This document shows, piece by piece, positions 23,950-36,544 of a stretch of 64,000 bases of DNA. Below the pieces are notes generated by a model, which had not been told where the DNA came from, ran no database searches, and saw nothing but the letters and a program-made list of their open reading frames with translations. Every line of letters begins with the position of its first letter. The first letter of the stretch is position 1. The DNA comes from Octopus sinensis (lineage: Eukaryota), in contig NC_042997.1 of assembly GCF_006345805.1 (NCBI RefSeq), forward strand, positions 191,146,001 to 191,210,000. The letters run 5' to 3'. The translations under genes were made by a program, and so were the position numbers.

Positions 23950-24171
23950 ACTTTTTTGATACCAACCTGCCTGAGACTGCCTCTGGTTCTGCAGTACAAA
24001 TGTCTAGTTTTCAAAAGTTCTGAATTAAAATCTTCCACCAAACCTTAGTCACAATTTATGTTCCTAACACTAGCTTAGTGATAACTAAGTTATTTTACTA
24101 AATTCTTTGTTATATTTAAAATAATTGAAAGAAACACAGAGCATCTCAGCAGAAATATTGTAACAAAAGGG
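23950..24171 (-). mobile_element. piggyBac-type MITE, degenerate copy
   Basis: TTAA flanks; interior is the reverse complement of 27955-28175. Confidence 0.75.
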
Positions 24172-24229
24172 TTAATCTACTGGACCCCTATAACCATTTG
24201 ATGTTTAAAAAAATCTTACATTTTCTTAT

Positions 24230-25460
24230 AATACATGGCTGTGTAGTAAGTAGCTTGCTTATGAACCACATGGTTCTAGGTTCAGTTCCACTGCGTGGCA
24301 CTTTGGGCAAGTGTCTTCTACTATAGCCTCGGCCAACCAAAGCCTTGTGAGTGAATTTGGTAGACAGAAACTGAAAGAAGCCCATTGTATATATGTATAT
24401 GTATGTGTGTGTATATATATATATAAATCAAATCAAAACAAATCAAAATAGATGAACATCAATGGAATTTGTATCTTTGTGGTACCAGTGCCGGTGGCAC
24501 ACAAGAAAACCATCCGAACGTGGCCGTAGCCAGTACCGCATCAACTGGCCTCCTTGCTGTGGGCACGTAACAAACACCATCCGATCGTGGCCGTTCGCCA
24601 GCCTCATCTGGCACCTGTGTCGGTGGCACATAAAAACACCATCCGAGCGTGGCCATCTGCTAGCCTCGTCTGGCACCTGTGTCGGTGGCACATAAAAAAC
24701 ACCATCCGAGCATGGCCGTTCGCCAGCCTCGTCTGGCACCTGTGTCGGTGGCACATAAAATCACCCACTACACTCTCGGAGTGGTTGGCGTTAGGAAGGG
24801 CATCCAGCTGTAGAAACACTGCCAGATCTGACTGGCCTGGTGCAGCCTTCGGGCTCCCCAGACCCCAGTTGAACCGTCCAACCCATGCTAGCATGGAAAG
24901 CGGATGTTAAATGATGATGATGATGATATATATGCATATATATATATAACGGGAAGCTTTATGAAAATAAACAAAAGACGAAGGCAGGTGGAAGACAAAC
25001 GAACAATTGTATTAGTATGGCGCTCAGGAAATATAAATAAAACAAGTCTTTAACGTTTCGAGCCTACGCTCTTCAACAGAAAGATACACAGAGAGAGAAA
25101 AACACAGAAAGAAGGAGAGAAAAAAAATGCGTGCAGTAGCTAACGAATCAACATGGCGATCTGATTTCGGCCAGAGGTCAAAGATCAAACACGAGACGCG
25201 AGAGCGAAATAAGGGGAGATAATAGGGTTGATAAAAGGGTTGAGTGACCATATGTATATATGTATGTGTGCGTGTTTGTCCCCCCCAACATCGCTTGACA
25301 ACCAATGCTGGTGTGTTTATGTCCCCATAACTTAACGGTTCGGCAAAAGAGACCAAAAGAATAAGTACTAGGCTTACAAAGAATAAGTCCAGAGGTTGAT
25401 TTGCTTGACTAAAGGTGGTGCTCCAGCATGGCCACAGTCAAATGACTGAAACAAGTAAAG
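24230..25460 (+). mobile_element. Nested cluster: SINE A split by an RTE 3' UTR (about 24430-24928, +) and a Penelope-like relic (about 24945-25250, -)
   Basis: SINE A head and core lie at 24230-24420; its tail resumes at about 25255. Confidence 0.75.
25047..25084 (-). ncRNA. Minimal type I hammerhead-like motif (core variant CUGUUGA)
   Basis: UCUUU-CUGUUGA-A-GAGC(GUAG)GCUC-GAAA-CGUU-AAAGA. Confidence 0.5.
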
Positions 25461-26382
25461 GAGTACAATATTATTAGGAATTGTATTAAAAAATTGTTAA
25501 AATATTTTGTATATTGTAAGGAATATAACCAATTTTTTGCACACAAACTTTAACAGCAAAATCTGATATGGACAAAATGGACCCCAGTTGAGAACCACTG
25601 GATTAAACCTTTCAAGGTGGTACCCCAGTATAGCTGCAGTCCAACGACTGGAACAAGATATAAGATACCACTATAGAGTGTAGGCAACAAGGAGCAACAG
25701 AAACCACGAAAGCAGTAACAGATTAAACCGATCGCAAATGTTCTGGTCTATTTCATCTGTTGAATAAAGATAATGATTCATAAAAACATCCTTATTTTGT
25801 CTATTAATACAAATATTTAATGATTCATAACTGTCTTTTGAATGAACTGCTTTTAATAATAATATCTTCTCCATGCTTTGTATGTAGGTGTATGCATGTG
25901 TGTGTATGCAAACCTAATCTTTATCATATTCTTGAATATCCTGGTTTATGTGGAGCCACAGGTGTGGTTGTACGGTTAAGAAGTTTGCCTCCCAATCATG
26001 TGGTCTTGGTTTCAATCCCACCGCCCAGCACCATGAGCAAGCATTTTCTACTATAGACCCAGGCTGACCAAAGCCTTCAGAGTAGATTCAGTTGACAGAT
26101 ACTGAACACACTATCACACACAGACACACACACATCACCATCATTTAACGTCCGTTTTCCGCGCTAGCATGGGTTGGATGGTTCAACCAGGGTCTGGGAA
26201 GCCAGGAGGCTGCACCAGGCTCCAGTCTTATCTGGCAGTGTTTCTACAGCTGGATGCCCTTCCTAATGCCAACCACTCCGCGAGTGTAGTGAGTGCTTTT
26301 TACGTGCCACTGGCACAGGTGCCAGGGGAGTCTGGCAGCAGCCACGAACGCTTGGAGCTTTTTACGTGCCACCGGCACGGTA

Positions 26383-26448
<66 letters not shown>

Positions 26449-26636
26449 CATGCATGTCTTTGTGTATGTCCCCCTGCTACTGCTTGACAACTGCTGTTGG
26501 TGTTTACGTCTCCGTAACTTAGCAGTTCAGCAAAAATAGACTGATAGAATAAGTACCAGCTTTTACAAAAACAATAAGTACTGGGGTTGATTCATTTGAC
26601 TAAGTTTCTTTAAGGTGAAACCCCAGCATGACCACA

Positions 26637-27073
26637 GTCTCCGACGTCTGGCAGCTGACTTGGCAGACACCCAAAAAATTATTAACCATCTTACAAACAA
26701 TAACTCTGAGCACCTTTTCAAACTCCACCTGTCTAACACCCATGGACATGTTTACAAAGTCAGAAAACAGCACAGCTCCCATGATTTTCGGAAACATTTT
26801 TTCACTTCAAGAGTTGCTGAAGTATGGAACAAACTGCCAGCATCAGTTGTTAGTTGTCGGAGCACTGCATCCTTCAAAACTTCCATGCTTCCCGAGATTC
26901 GCCAACACTACACCTGATTTTTTCCCCTCTATACACACACAAGCATGTATCTGACTCATACACTGTTCATTTCCCAGACATTTGTACATTACTGCATATG
27001 CTTTATATGCACTTTTGACAAGTTGTAGTGCACCTGAGCACTGTATACAATAATTTCATTATTATTATTATTA
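26637..27073 (+). mobile_element. CR1-like LINE 3' end (family E) with (ATT)n tail
   Basis: GHVYKVRKQHS...FFTSRVAEVWNKLPASVV...FK is the CR1 ORF2 C-terminus. Further copies at about 42428-42830 (+), 49388-49588 (-), 50385-50600 (+) and 18046-18125 (-). Confidence 0.8.
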
Positions 27074-27175
27074 CTATGGCTAAAACAAGTAAAGAATAAA
27101 AGATATATATATATATATATATAGATAAGAGGGTATTGTAGTTCACTGGCAGCATTGTGTATTGTTTGTGAAATG

Positions 27176-27786
27176 TAACATGTCTGGAATGGAAGAACAA
27201 TACAGAGTGGACTATAATAACTGTTACAAATAATTTAATTATTCATAGTCTAATATTTTTCGGAATATAAAAATTCCTTCTTCAGATATTGCTAGGAATT
27301 AAATGGAAGCACTGTTATAGTTGGTTTTCCAACAGTTACTGGAATTTGTTGCAAGCATCCCTGCAGTGGCCTCACAAAGCTCCTTCCAGAATTCATCATG
27401 AGAAGTGCATGAGGGCAGTCATGTCTCAAACACGTGTGTGTTGGCATATTCGCAGCTTCCAAGTTATGCATTATACATGCATTTATAATAATAAAAAAAA
27501 AATAGATGCATGTATGCGGATATGCCAACACACACGAGCTCAAGTTATGACAGCCCTCATGCAATGTCATAACTTCTGGAAGGGGCTTCATGAGACCACT
27601 GCAGGGATACTTCAACAAATTTCAGTAACCATTGGAAAATTGACTATAACAGTGACTCCATTAATTCCTAGCTATATCTGAAGAAGGAATTTTTATACTC
27701 TGAAATATTATATTACACTATGAATAATTAAATTATAACTTATTATAGGCCACTCTGTGTTGTTATGCCATTCCGTGTACATGTTA
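27176..27786. repeat. Long foldback (about 610 bp, arms about 290 bp)
   Basis: Arms match as reverse complements, e.g. TTCCTTCTTCAGATATTGCTAGGAATTAA / TTAATTCCTAGCTATATCTGAAGAAGGAA, and GTGTGTGTTGGCATATTCGCA / TGCGGATATGCCAACACACAC. Confidence 0.85.
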
Positions 27787-27954
27787 ATGTGGTGACTGTA
27801 AACAACAAGAATTTGTTGTACAAGGAGTGTTATTTACTTCTGGTCTTTCAGGAAAAACATGTCTGGCCATGGGAAATATTATCTCCTTTGGAAATAGGTG
27901 AAGTTGGGAACAGGAAAGACACCAAACTGTAGAAAATTTGCCTCAACAAATTAA

Positions 27955-28175
27955 CCCTTTCGTTACTGTATTTATTTTGAGATGCTCTGTGTTTCTTTCA
28001 ATTACTTTAAATATAACAAAGAATTTAGTAAAATAACTTAGTTATCATTCAGCTAGTGTTAGGAACATAAATTGTGACTAAGGTTTGGTGGAAGATTTTA
28101 ATTCAAAACTTATGAAAAACAAGACATTTGTATTCAGAGCCAAGGCCGGTTTCAGCTGGGTTGGTAACGAAAGGG
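27955..28175 (+). mobile_element. piggyBac-type MITE (221 bp)
   Basis: TTAA TSD on both sides and perfect 12-bp TIRs CCCTTTCGTTAC / GTAACGAAAGGG. Partial copies near 50755, 57480, 57870 and 59750. Confidence 0.88.
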
Positions 28176-28513
28176 TTAACAAAGTCCATCTGACCGATGT
28201 AAGCATGAACATTAAAAACAATGATATATACAAGTTGTGGAATCCAAACTGTGGACCTCTGGTTCACAAGTGTGCCATATCCTCTCCCTTTTCCCACTGT
28301 TCCTATGATAGGCCCTGCTCCTTGGAGCTGGCTAGTCTTGTACTTCCACCACTCGGATACACCAACCCACTTATCTTTCCACCTCTCATCGACCTTGTTG
28401 TATTAAACCCCACTTGGCTCCCACACTAACCACTATTTCCAGTCCTTTCTTTCCTGAACATTGGGCCTCCTGGAATATTTTCTCTGCTCTTGTCTTTCCA
28501 GCAGCTGCTGAAG

Positions 28514-28548
<35 letters not shown>

Positions 28549-28904
28549 TATATATAATATATAGAGTGAGAGAGAGAGAGCAGGATAGAGAATGAGGGAT
28601 AGAATGAGAGAAATATTAAAATGTCTGATGTCAAATAAATCAGAGTCAAATCAGCAGAACCAAAACAGCTGCACCAAAAGGTCTCATACACCATAAAAGA
28701 TATGCCTACAACTGGATTTCCTTCTATCTTAAATTTCAATAATCATAGAGACCAGATCTTAATTAATGACCTTTTGTTCTTTCTCTACCAATTACATACA
28801 TAGTCACTGATCATAAGACCTAAACAAACCATATACCTATTTCTTAAAAGCTATTTATTTTGTGTGTGTGTGTACATATATATATATATATATATATACA
28901 TCTA

Positions 28905-29214
28905 TATCACGTGATCACATGACTGACCAGGCTATCAGATGTTGCTACACATCGCTGGTCACAAGGCGCTTTCACATTGTTTTAGCCTTCAAATGACACC
29001 ACCCAGCTTGGCTAAGCGAGCAAGCCAACAGAAGAAAGAGTGAGAGAAAGTTGCAGCGAAAGAGTACAGCGGGGATCGCCACCACCTCCTGCTAGAGCCT
29101 CGTGAAGCTTTAGGTGTTTCCGCTCAATAAACACTCACAACGCCTGGTTTGGGAATTGAAACCACGATCCTATGACCACGAGTCCACTGCCCTAACCACT
29201 GAGCCATTGGGCCC
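28905..29214 (-). mobile_element. SINE family G, second subfamily
   Basis: Same head and core as 11228-11527, different 3' tail. Confidence 0.75.
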
Positions 29215-29318
29215 CCTGGAATATTTTCTCAGGTGCTGAAGGCAAACAGACACACACACACAGTGCCCTAACCATTGAGCCATTGTGCTTACACACACAC
29301 ACACACACACGCACACAC

Positions 29319-29355
<37 letters not shown>

Positions 29356-29689
29356 TATATAATGGCGGTGCCCCAGCATGGCCACAGCTCATTAGCTGAA
29401 ACTGGAAAAATCAAATCAATATATCATTGCTGCTATCATGCAAAGTGTTGCAAGCCCAAAATATTGCTTTTTCAGAAAATGAAAAAATAGTTTCACCATT
29501 CCATAGCAAAATCGTTGAACTACAGTTTGACAACATTTGATATCTTGGCATCTGAAAAAGCTGGAGATACAATAGTTTGACCACAAGAAACTGCTATTGC
29601 AAGCAAAAATAAATATTGAAAAAAACACCTTTGGCTAAATTTGGGCATACAACAGTTTAACATAATAGCAACAAGACATACATAAAGAG

Positions 29690-29722
<33 letters not shown>

Positions 29723-30289
29723 GGCATGTTTATGGGGTGTGCTTGTTCTTTTATTTTCTTCTGTCATTACCAGTTCATGAAATTACAAAAGAGTGAAGGT
29801 GTGTTTTTTATCAATTAATTTTCTTTTATGTAACTTAGTCACCAGAAGAATGACGGTAGCCATGACCTTTCACAGAACCTCCAGAGTGGTACATGAGCGA
29901 GTGAGATAAGATAGATAAAGAGAGAGGGAAAATGAGGGGAAGAGAGAGTGAAAGAGAGACAGGAAATGCTTGTAGTGAGAGAGGGGGAGGGCCAAAGAGG
30001 AGGAGGAGGGACAAAGAGGAAGTAGTGTATGAAAGAGAGAATGCAACACATTGGTTGCTTCAGAAGGAAGTTATCAGAGACAGAAAGCACAATTATACCC
30101 GAAGGGGAGACTTGCTATGGTTTCATTTCTACAGTAGCCCTTATGCATCAGGGCAATGAAAAAAATAAGAGATGGCTTCATTGGCATACAATTTGCTCTT
30201 CGTTAAATATACTAAATATTCTTCATTTCTATCACATAAATATCTTAAAATACAGAATTCCAGCTTAAAATATTTTTAGTTCATTTTAC

Positions 30290-30691
30290 AATTTTACTTG
30301 TTTCAGTCATTTGACTGTGGCCATGCTGGAGCACCACCTTTTTAGTCGAGCAAATCAACCCCAGGACTTATTCATTGGAAGCCTAGTACTTATTCTATCG
30401 GTCACTTTTGTTGAACTGCTAAGTTACGGGGACGTAAACACACCAGCATCGGTTGTCAAGCGATGTTGGGGGGACAAACACAGACACACAAACATATACA
30501 CACACATACACATATATATATGCATGTATATGACAGGCTTCTTTCAGTTTCCGTCTACCAAATCCACTCACAAGGATTTGGTCGGCCCGAGGCTATAGTA
30601 GAAGACACTTGCCCTAGGTGCCACGCAGTGGGACTGAACCCAGAACCATGTGGTTGGTAACAAAGCTACTTACCACACAGCCACTCCTGTG
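30290..30691 (-). mobile_element. SINE A, full length
   Basis: Reverse complement of the full family A body. Confidence 0.85.
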
Positions 30692-31223
30692 AAAATTCAA
30701 AGTAAAATGTTAATTTTTTGAGGTTGCAGTCATACAACAATAAGGCAAGTGTCACAGTTAATTAGACTAAATCTGCATATCCTACAATGACTTGATGAGC
30801 TGACTCACGCACAAAATGTATCTAATTTCAATATGCAATTCTGATCAACCTGAAATAGTTTCATGTTCTAGGTTTTGTAGAGATAAAAATGGTTGTCAGC
30901 CAATGAACATGTGACTTGAATAAGACGATTCAAGTATGTTTGTAATAGCATTTTTTAAAACGAAATCATTGATGAGTAATAATGCATTATATCAGTACAT
31001 AAAGCTTTCATAATGGTTTCAGAGTGTTTATGTCCACCGTGAGCTATGCATTTTTCTCTTAGTCAACTATAGTATTTTTATTGCGTGATTGTAATTCCTA
31101 CACACCTTTTCATTTTTGTTTTGTTCTTTATTTGACAATTGGAAATTCTAAACTAAAAAAGTTTTCTATAAACTGAAACGGACAACAAAAACTTATTTTA
31201 ACCAATGAAATCTGAATTAATTA

Positions 31224-31398
31224 GGCGTAGGAGTGGCTGTGTGGTAAGTAGTTTGCTTACGAACCACATGGTTCCGGGTCCAGTCCCACTGCGTGGCACC
31301 TTGGGCTGACCAAAGCCTTGTGAGTGGATTTGGTAGACGGAAACTGAAAGAAGCCCATCATATATATGTATGTATGTGTGTGTATGTATGTATATATA

Positions 31399-31451
<53 letters not shown>

Positions 31452-31584
31452 AAACAAGGTGGAAAAAAGAGTACTTAAATACCAAGGGTAGAGTAATATG
31501 GTTTATTTAAAAGCAGCAGAAATTCAACAAAACCTGTTACTCCGAGTAACAGATTTTATTGAATTTCTGCTGCTTTTAAATAAA

Positions 31585-31627
<43 letters not shown>

Positions 31628-31856
31628 TATATGTATGTATGTGTGTGTGTGTCTGTGTTTGTCACCCTGAAATCGCTTGACAGCCGATGCTGGTGTGTTT
31701 ACATCCCTATAACTTAGCGGTTCAGCAAAAAAACACCGATAGAATAAGTACTAGGCTTACAAAGAATAAGTTCTGGGGTCAATTTGCTCAACTAAAGGCG
31801 GTGCTCCAGCATGGCCATGGTCAAATGACTGAAACAAGTAAAAGAGTAAAGAGTAA
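31224..31856 (+). mobile_element. SINE A with an insertion in its microsatellite spacer
   Basis: Head at 31224; non-SINE insert at about 31450-31590; tail ends about 31856. Confidence 0.8.
31502..31584. repeat. 40-bp stem hairpin with 3-nt loop
   Basis: Arm 31502-31541 against arm 31545-31584: 38 of 40 Watson-Crick pairs. Confidence 0.9.
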
Positions 31857-32200
31857 TAAAAATACTAGTTTTTAAAAACTGAATTGAAGTTTTGAAAGCT
31901 GGAAATGACTGAAAGTGATAAACGTTTGAAATTTACATAAAAACTGATATCAAATCTGAAATCAATTTTTTTTCTCTTTTACAAAATCCAAATTTAATTT
32001 GAAACTGAAATTTCAAATAATCATGTCAACATGACATCGTGACCCCATAATAATCAGACTAAATATTTTTAGTACGTTCATACAAGTTTTGGGTGGCAGG
32101 AAGAAACCTGAAGGAAATTTTGCTTCTATTTCTAGTAAGTCAAGCTTACAGAGACTCAATCTGTATACTACACAAAAACAGAATTTGACGAAACAAATTA

Positions 32201-33795
32201 GAGCATGGAATATATCCAGATTGTTTATACAATTTACCAATGCTTTTGGAAAATGCAGGATAGTGATCATGGCTGTGTGGTAAGAAGTTGGCTTCCCAAC
32301 ACCAAGGTTCCAGGTTCAGTCCTTATGAGTGGATTTGGTAGAAAGAAACTGAAAGAAGCTTGTTGTATATGTATATATATTTGTGCATCTATGTCTTTGT
32401 GTTTGTCTCCCATCACTGCTTGACAACCAGTGTCGGTGTATTTACATCCCTGTAACTTAGTGGCTCAGCAAAAGAGACCAATAGAATAAGTACAGGGCTT
32501 TTAAAAAAGGTTGGTTCGTTCACCTAAAAATATTTCAAGGTGGTGCTCCAGAATGGCCACAGTCTAAGACTTGGTTGCTACTTTTAGCAAACTGAATAAC
32601 CATGTAAAGGCTCGTTTGCCAGCTCATGTGAAAATATGTATATATAAAGGTTTGTTCAAATATAACTTTACATCAACAATCCACATGCAACATTAATGTT
32701 CAAATCATACTTGCTTTTCAGATTCAAGTTGTTGAATCTACAAGTTTTATATAGTTCAGGCTTTATCTAAAGCAAGCTCACCCTTTCATAAGTCCCATTT
32801 TGTTAAGGAGTACTAAGTGCAACTTAGAGAGGAAGTATGCTTCAAATGTGGGACATATGTGATGTTTAATGAAGCAGTCAGGTTAATCAAGGCCTCAAGT
32901 AAAATCAAAAGTTATTCTATGAACCAGGCAGTGGCGGCTCATGTATAGGCACTGCAGAACCTCCTATTTCCATTCAATATAATGAGTCCTTTTTTCTATA
33001 ATTCTTTCTCTATACTTATACATTATATAATCCTTAAGCTTAATATCAAAAGCCATCCCCTAGTCTATAAAAAAAATATACAAAATTCCTTGTATAGAAC
33101 TGTGCGCTTCACAGTTCCAGCGACGCAGTGGTTGGCTGTTGTGTGCATGCTCACATGTTCAAGATAGGAAGCTTCTCACTAGGGAGAGAGAGCACTGTAT
33201 GAACGACAGTGCTGACTCCAGTGTTCCAGTGAAAAATAGAGTTTCTTTTTGACTCCATGTGTGTTGTGCTTAAAAACATGCTTATATTCTTGAATGTGAT
33301 AAAGTGTAGAATTAGATTATTATCCTTCTTCCAGCTTCAGTGTTGCTGCTAGGATTTGAAAAATAGGGCACATTTTCCCCGCTTATTTTGTGATTTAGAG
33401 TAGATTTTTGAAAAACAAGGGGGAATTCACAGCAAGCATAGAATATATCCAGATTATTGTCCATACAATTTACCAATGCTTGTTGGAAAATGCAGGATAG
33501 AGATCATGGCTGTGTGGCAAGATGTTTGCTTCCCAACCACAAAGTTCCAGGTTCAGCCCTAGTGAGTGGATTTGGTAGAGAGAAACTGAAAGAAGCTTGT
33601 TGTATCAGTATATATATTTGTGTGTCTATGTCTTTGTGTTTCTCCCCTAGCACTGCTTGACAACCAGTGTTGGTGTGTTTACATCCCTGCAACTTAGTGG
33701 CTCAGCAAAAGAGACCAATAGAATACATTCAGGGTTTAAAAAAAAGTAATTAGGTCGATTCGTTCACCTAAAAATGTTTCAAGGAGGTGCCCCAG
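32201..33795 (+). repeat. Local direct duplication of about 365 bp (32201-32565 and 33433-33795)
   Basis: Both copies share the unique 5' flank AATATATCCAG...ACAATTTACCAATGC and the same internal deletion in a SINE A. Confidence 0.8.
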
Positions 33796-34251
33796 AAATA
33801 CCACCAAATGATAAGAAAAAGAACCCTACAAGACAGTGTGCAAAATGCACAGAGAAGAGAGACGCTAAAGGAAAGAAGATTCGAAGAGAAAGCAGATACA
33901 TGAGTGATGTCTGCAAGATAACTTTGTGTGTAACTCCTTGTTTTAAAAATTATCATTCTAAATAAACTGTCCATCTCATTTAAAAAAAATTTTCCATTGA
34001 TTTAAAAGCAATACATCTTATAAAAAATCGAAGATAGTTAAGTTATATGTATTTTTTTCAATGTCCGAGTTAACTCGTTTAAATCCAAATGAGTAAAAGT
34101 TCATTTTAATTTCTATAATAAAAAATAAAGGAAACAAGATAAAAAAAGCTTTTTTTTTTGTAATTAACACAGTGTATATAATTAAAAAAAGAAATTAAAA
34201 AGAATGCTCTGAAATGAAACGCCATGTCAAAATAAATGATCCATTAAGGGG
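33790..34251 (+). mobile_element. piggyBac transposon 3' relic (cysteine-rich C-terminal domain and right end)
   Basis: IPPNDKKKNPTRQCAKC...RRESRYMSDVCKITLCVTPCFKNYHSK* fits the piggyBac C-terminal domain; the element ends ...TTAAGGGG followed by TTAA (34252-34255). Confidence 0.8.
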
Positions 34252-35388
34252 TTAATTAATTTCATAATTAAAATTTATAAATTTGAGTTTTAACAGTTTA
34301 AGATTACTTTATGAAGCAAAATGGCCCTAGACTTAAAATACTGGCTGACTTATCCCAATTTGCATAACCAAACAAAGAAACAGGTTTCACTATAACCAGA
34401 AGTAGCAGCCAAAATTCTCCTAGATCACACCTCATTGCCTTCTAGAATTACATGAATAATGCTGATCTGGAAAATATGCTTGTTGTAAATGGGATGGTCA
34501 AGACTGAAATAACTTCCATCTTAGGTCATGTTCTATCAAGGCTGACCTAGGGTTAAACAACAAGTCATAAGATGACAGCATTAATGGATATGAGTGATGT
34601 ATTGCCCTATACAAGTGATATTATAGATAGTAATAAAACAGGTGATGTCATCATATACAATAATAAAAGCAAGGTATGAAACAAAACTAAGCAAGTAATA
34701 ATTTATTATAGTACAGTATGGGGGAGGGGTAGGAGGAGAAAGAAAGAAATTATGTACAAAATGGACCGACTCATACATTCAGAAAATCTTTAGAATTGCT
34801 CACTTTGACTCCAGTATAGAAATCTTAATATCTTTGACTCAGGTACACTGGTTGGTCAGTGGATCTCAGTCGTTTGAAGTAGGACCCTCTTAGAAGCATT
34901 ATAGGCTTCTGGGCAAATCAATCCACTGCTCCCTATAGTATTTATTTATTACCAACATTCAACAGCATACATATCAAAATTAGGCTCCTAGACTTCTGAG
35001 GCCCCTGGGCAACTGCCAGTTGTACCCATACCTTATGGCAGTATTCATATGAAGATGTACAATTAGTTCAGAGCTGTAATTTGCTACTTACTCTATAGAG
35101 ACATAAATAATTGCACATGCAAAATTTCAGCTAGATCAAACAACTGCAAGTGGGTCAGGGACATTACTTATTGAACGCCCTTCATAGATTCAGTTGTTTC
35201 AACAACTGAATTACCTGCTCCTGAATCAATGCATAAGTGGTTGAGTATTCCAAAAGTACAGATATATAAACACACATATATATATATGCATGCACACACA
35301 CGCATGTATACAGGATAGCCCAGAAGTCACAAAGGTGTTAATAATTCATTTATGTTCTGTTTTTAATTTATAATATCTTAACATAATA

Positions 35389-36174
35389 CGTGGTCTGATC
35401 AATAAGTATCCAGATTGTTGCCATAATAACAAAGCTAAAACATGCGGAATGAAGCCGCTTGGCACAGATTGACCTTGAACTCTGCTGTGCATGCACATTA
35501 AATTTTAACGTTTTAGCTCACTTCCACTGTTTACAGCAGTGCTTGGAAGGAACATGTGTAGCATGTGATCATTGCATTGACCATAACAGAGAAAGGTGAG
35601 AAGAGAATTTTTCATTTGGCAATACCTGCTCAGAAGCCTACGCAAGTTTTCAAGAAGATTTCATCATTCTTGACACAATCAAGGAGATCTTGTGCAACTG
35701 AAACCCAAATGGTTTCTTGTTCAGCTGAAGCAATTTTGGCACAAACTTGGCAGACGTGCATCTCATACCCAAATCTTCAGTGATAATGGACTGAACTGAG
35801 CCGTAACTAATCTACACATCCTCTGATAACTCATGGATGGTGATTCAATGATTGCATGCACATCTGCAATGTTTTTCTCAGTTCTGCTTGTTGCAGGTCT
35901 CCAAGAATGTTTGTCAATATTGACATTTTTTTTTACCATTTTGGAAATGTTTGAAACACTCATACACTTGTGTGCAGCTCATACACTCCTCACTATACAC
36001 TTTCTGCAGGCCTCTGAGCAGGTAACGTTATGACAACGTCCTCTGTCAATGCAACGATCACATGCTACACATCTTCCTTCCAAGGTCAATTTTTGACAAG
36101 TAGCTTCACTCTACTCTGTGTGCTTTAGCTCCATTACTATGGCAACAGTCTGGTTACTTATTGATCAGACCTCA
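35389..36174. mobile_element. Non-autonomous mariner with two inverted 5' ends
   Basis: TA flanks (35387-35388 and 36175-36176) and TIRs xGxGGTCTGATCAATAAGTA. The minus arm encodes a decayed transposase N-terminus (YECFKHFQNG...ISYGSVQSIITEDLGMR..SAKFVPKLL). Confidence 0.8.
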
Positions 36175-36189
36175 TATGTAGTGTATATG

Positions 36190-36225
<36 letters not shown>

Positions 36226-36544
36226 TACATACATATACACACACACACTAAAATGATGATGATGGATATGTTTACATAGAAGATGGGAAACAAACAACAT
36301 TTGTATGGTTGTGACATCCATTTACAACTATCACAAGACAAAGCAAGCACACTCACATGCACACAAGTGCACGCAGGCACACACACACATGATGAGCTTC
36401 TTTCAGTTTTCACCAAACAATTCCAGGTCTATAGAAGAAGACACTTTCCCAAGGTGTCGTGCAGTGCGACTGAACCCAAAACCATATAGTTGGGAAGCAA
36501 GCTTCTCAATCACATACAGATACACTCAATGGGGTTTTTTCAGT

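Noticed and set aside
33774-33965. Cys-rich ORF as a host zinc-finger gene
   Set aside because: It is the piggyBac C-terminal domain fused to a SINE tail; the catalytic domain is absent.
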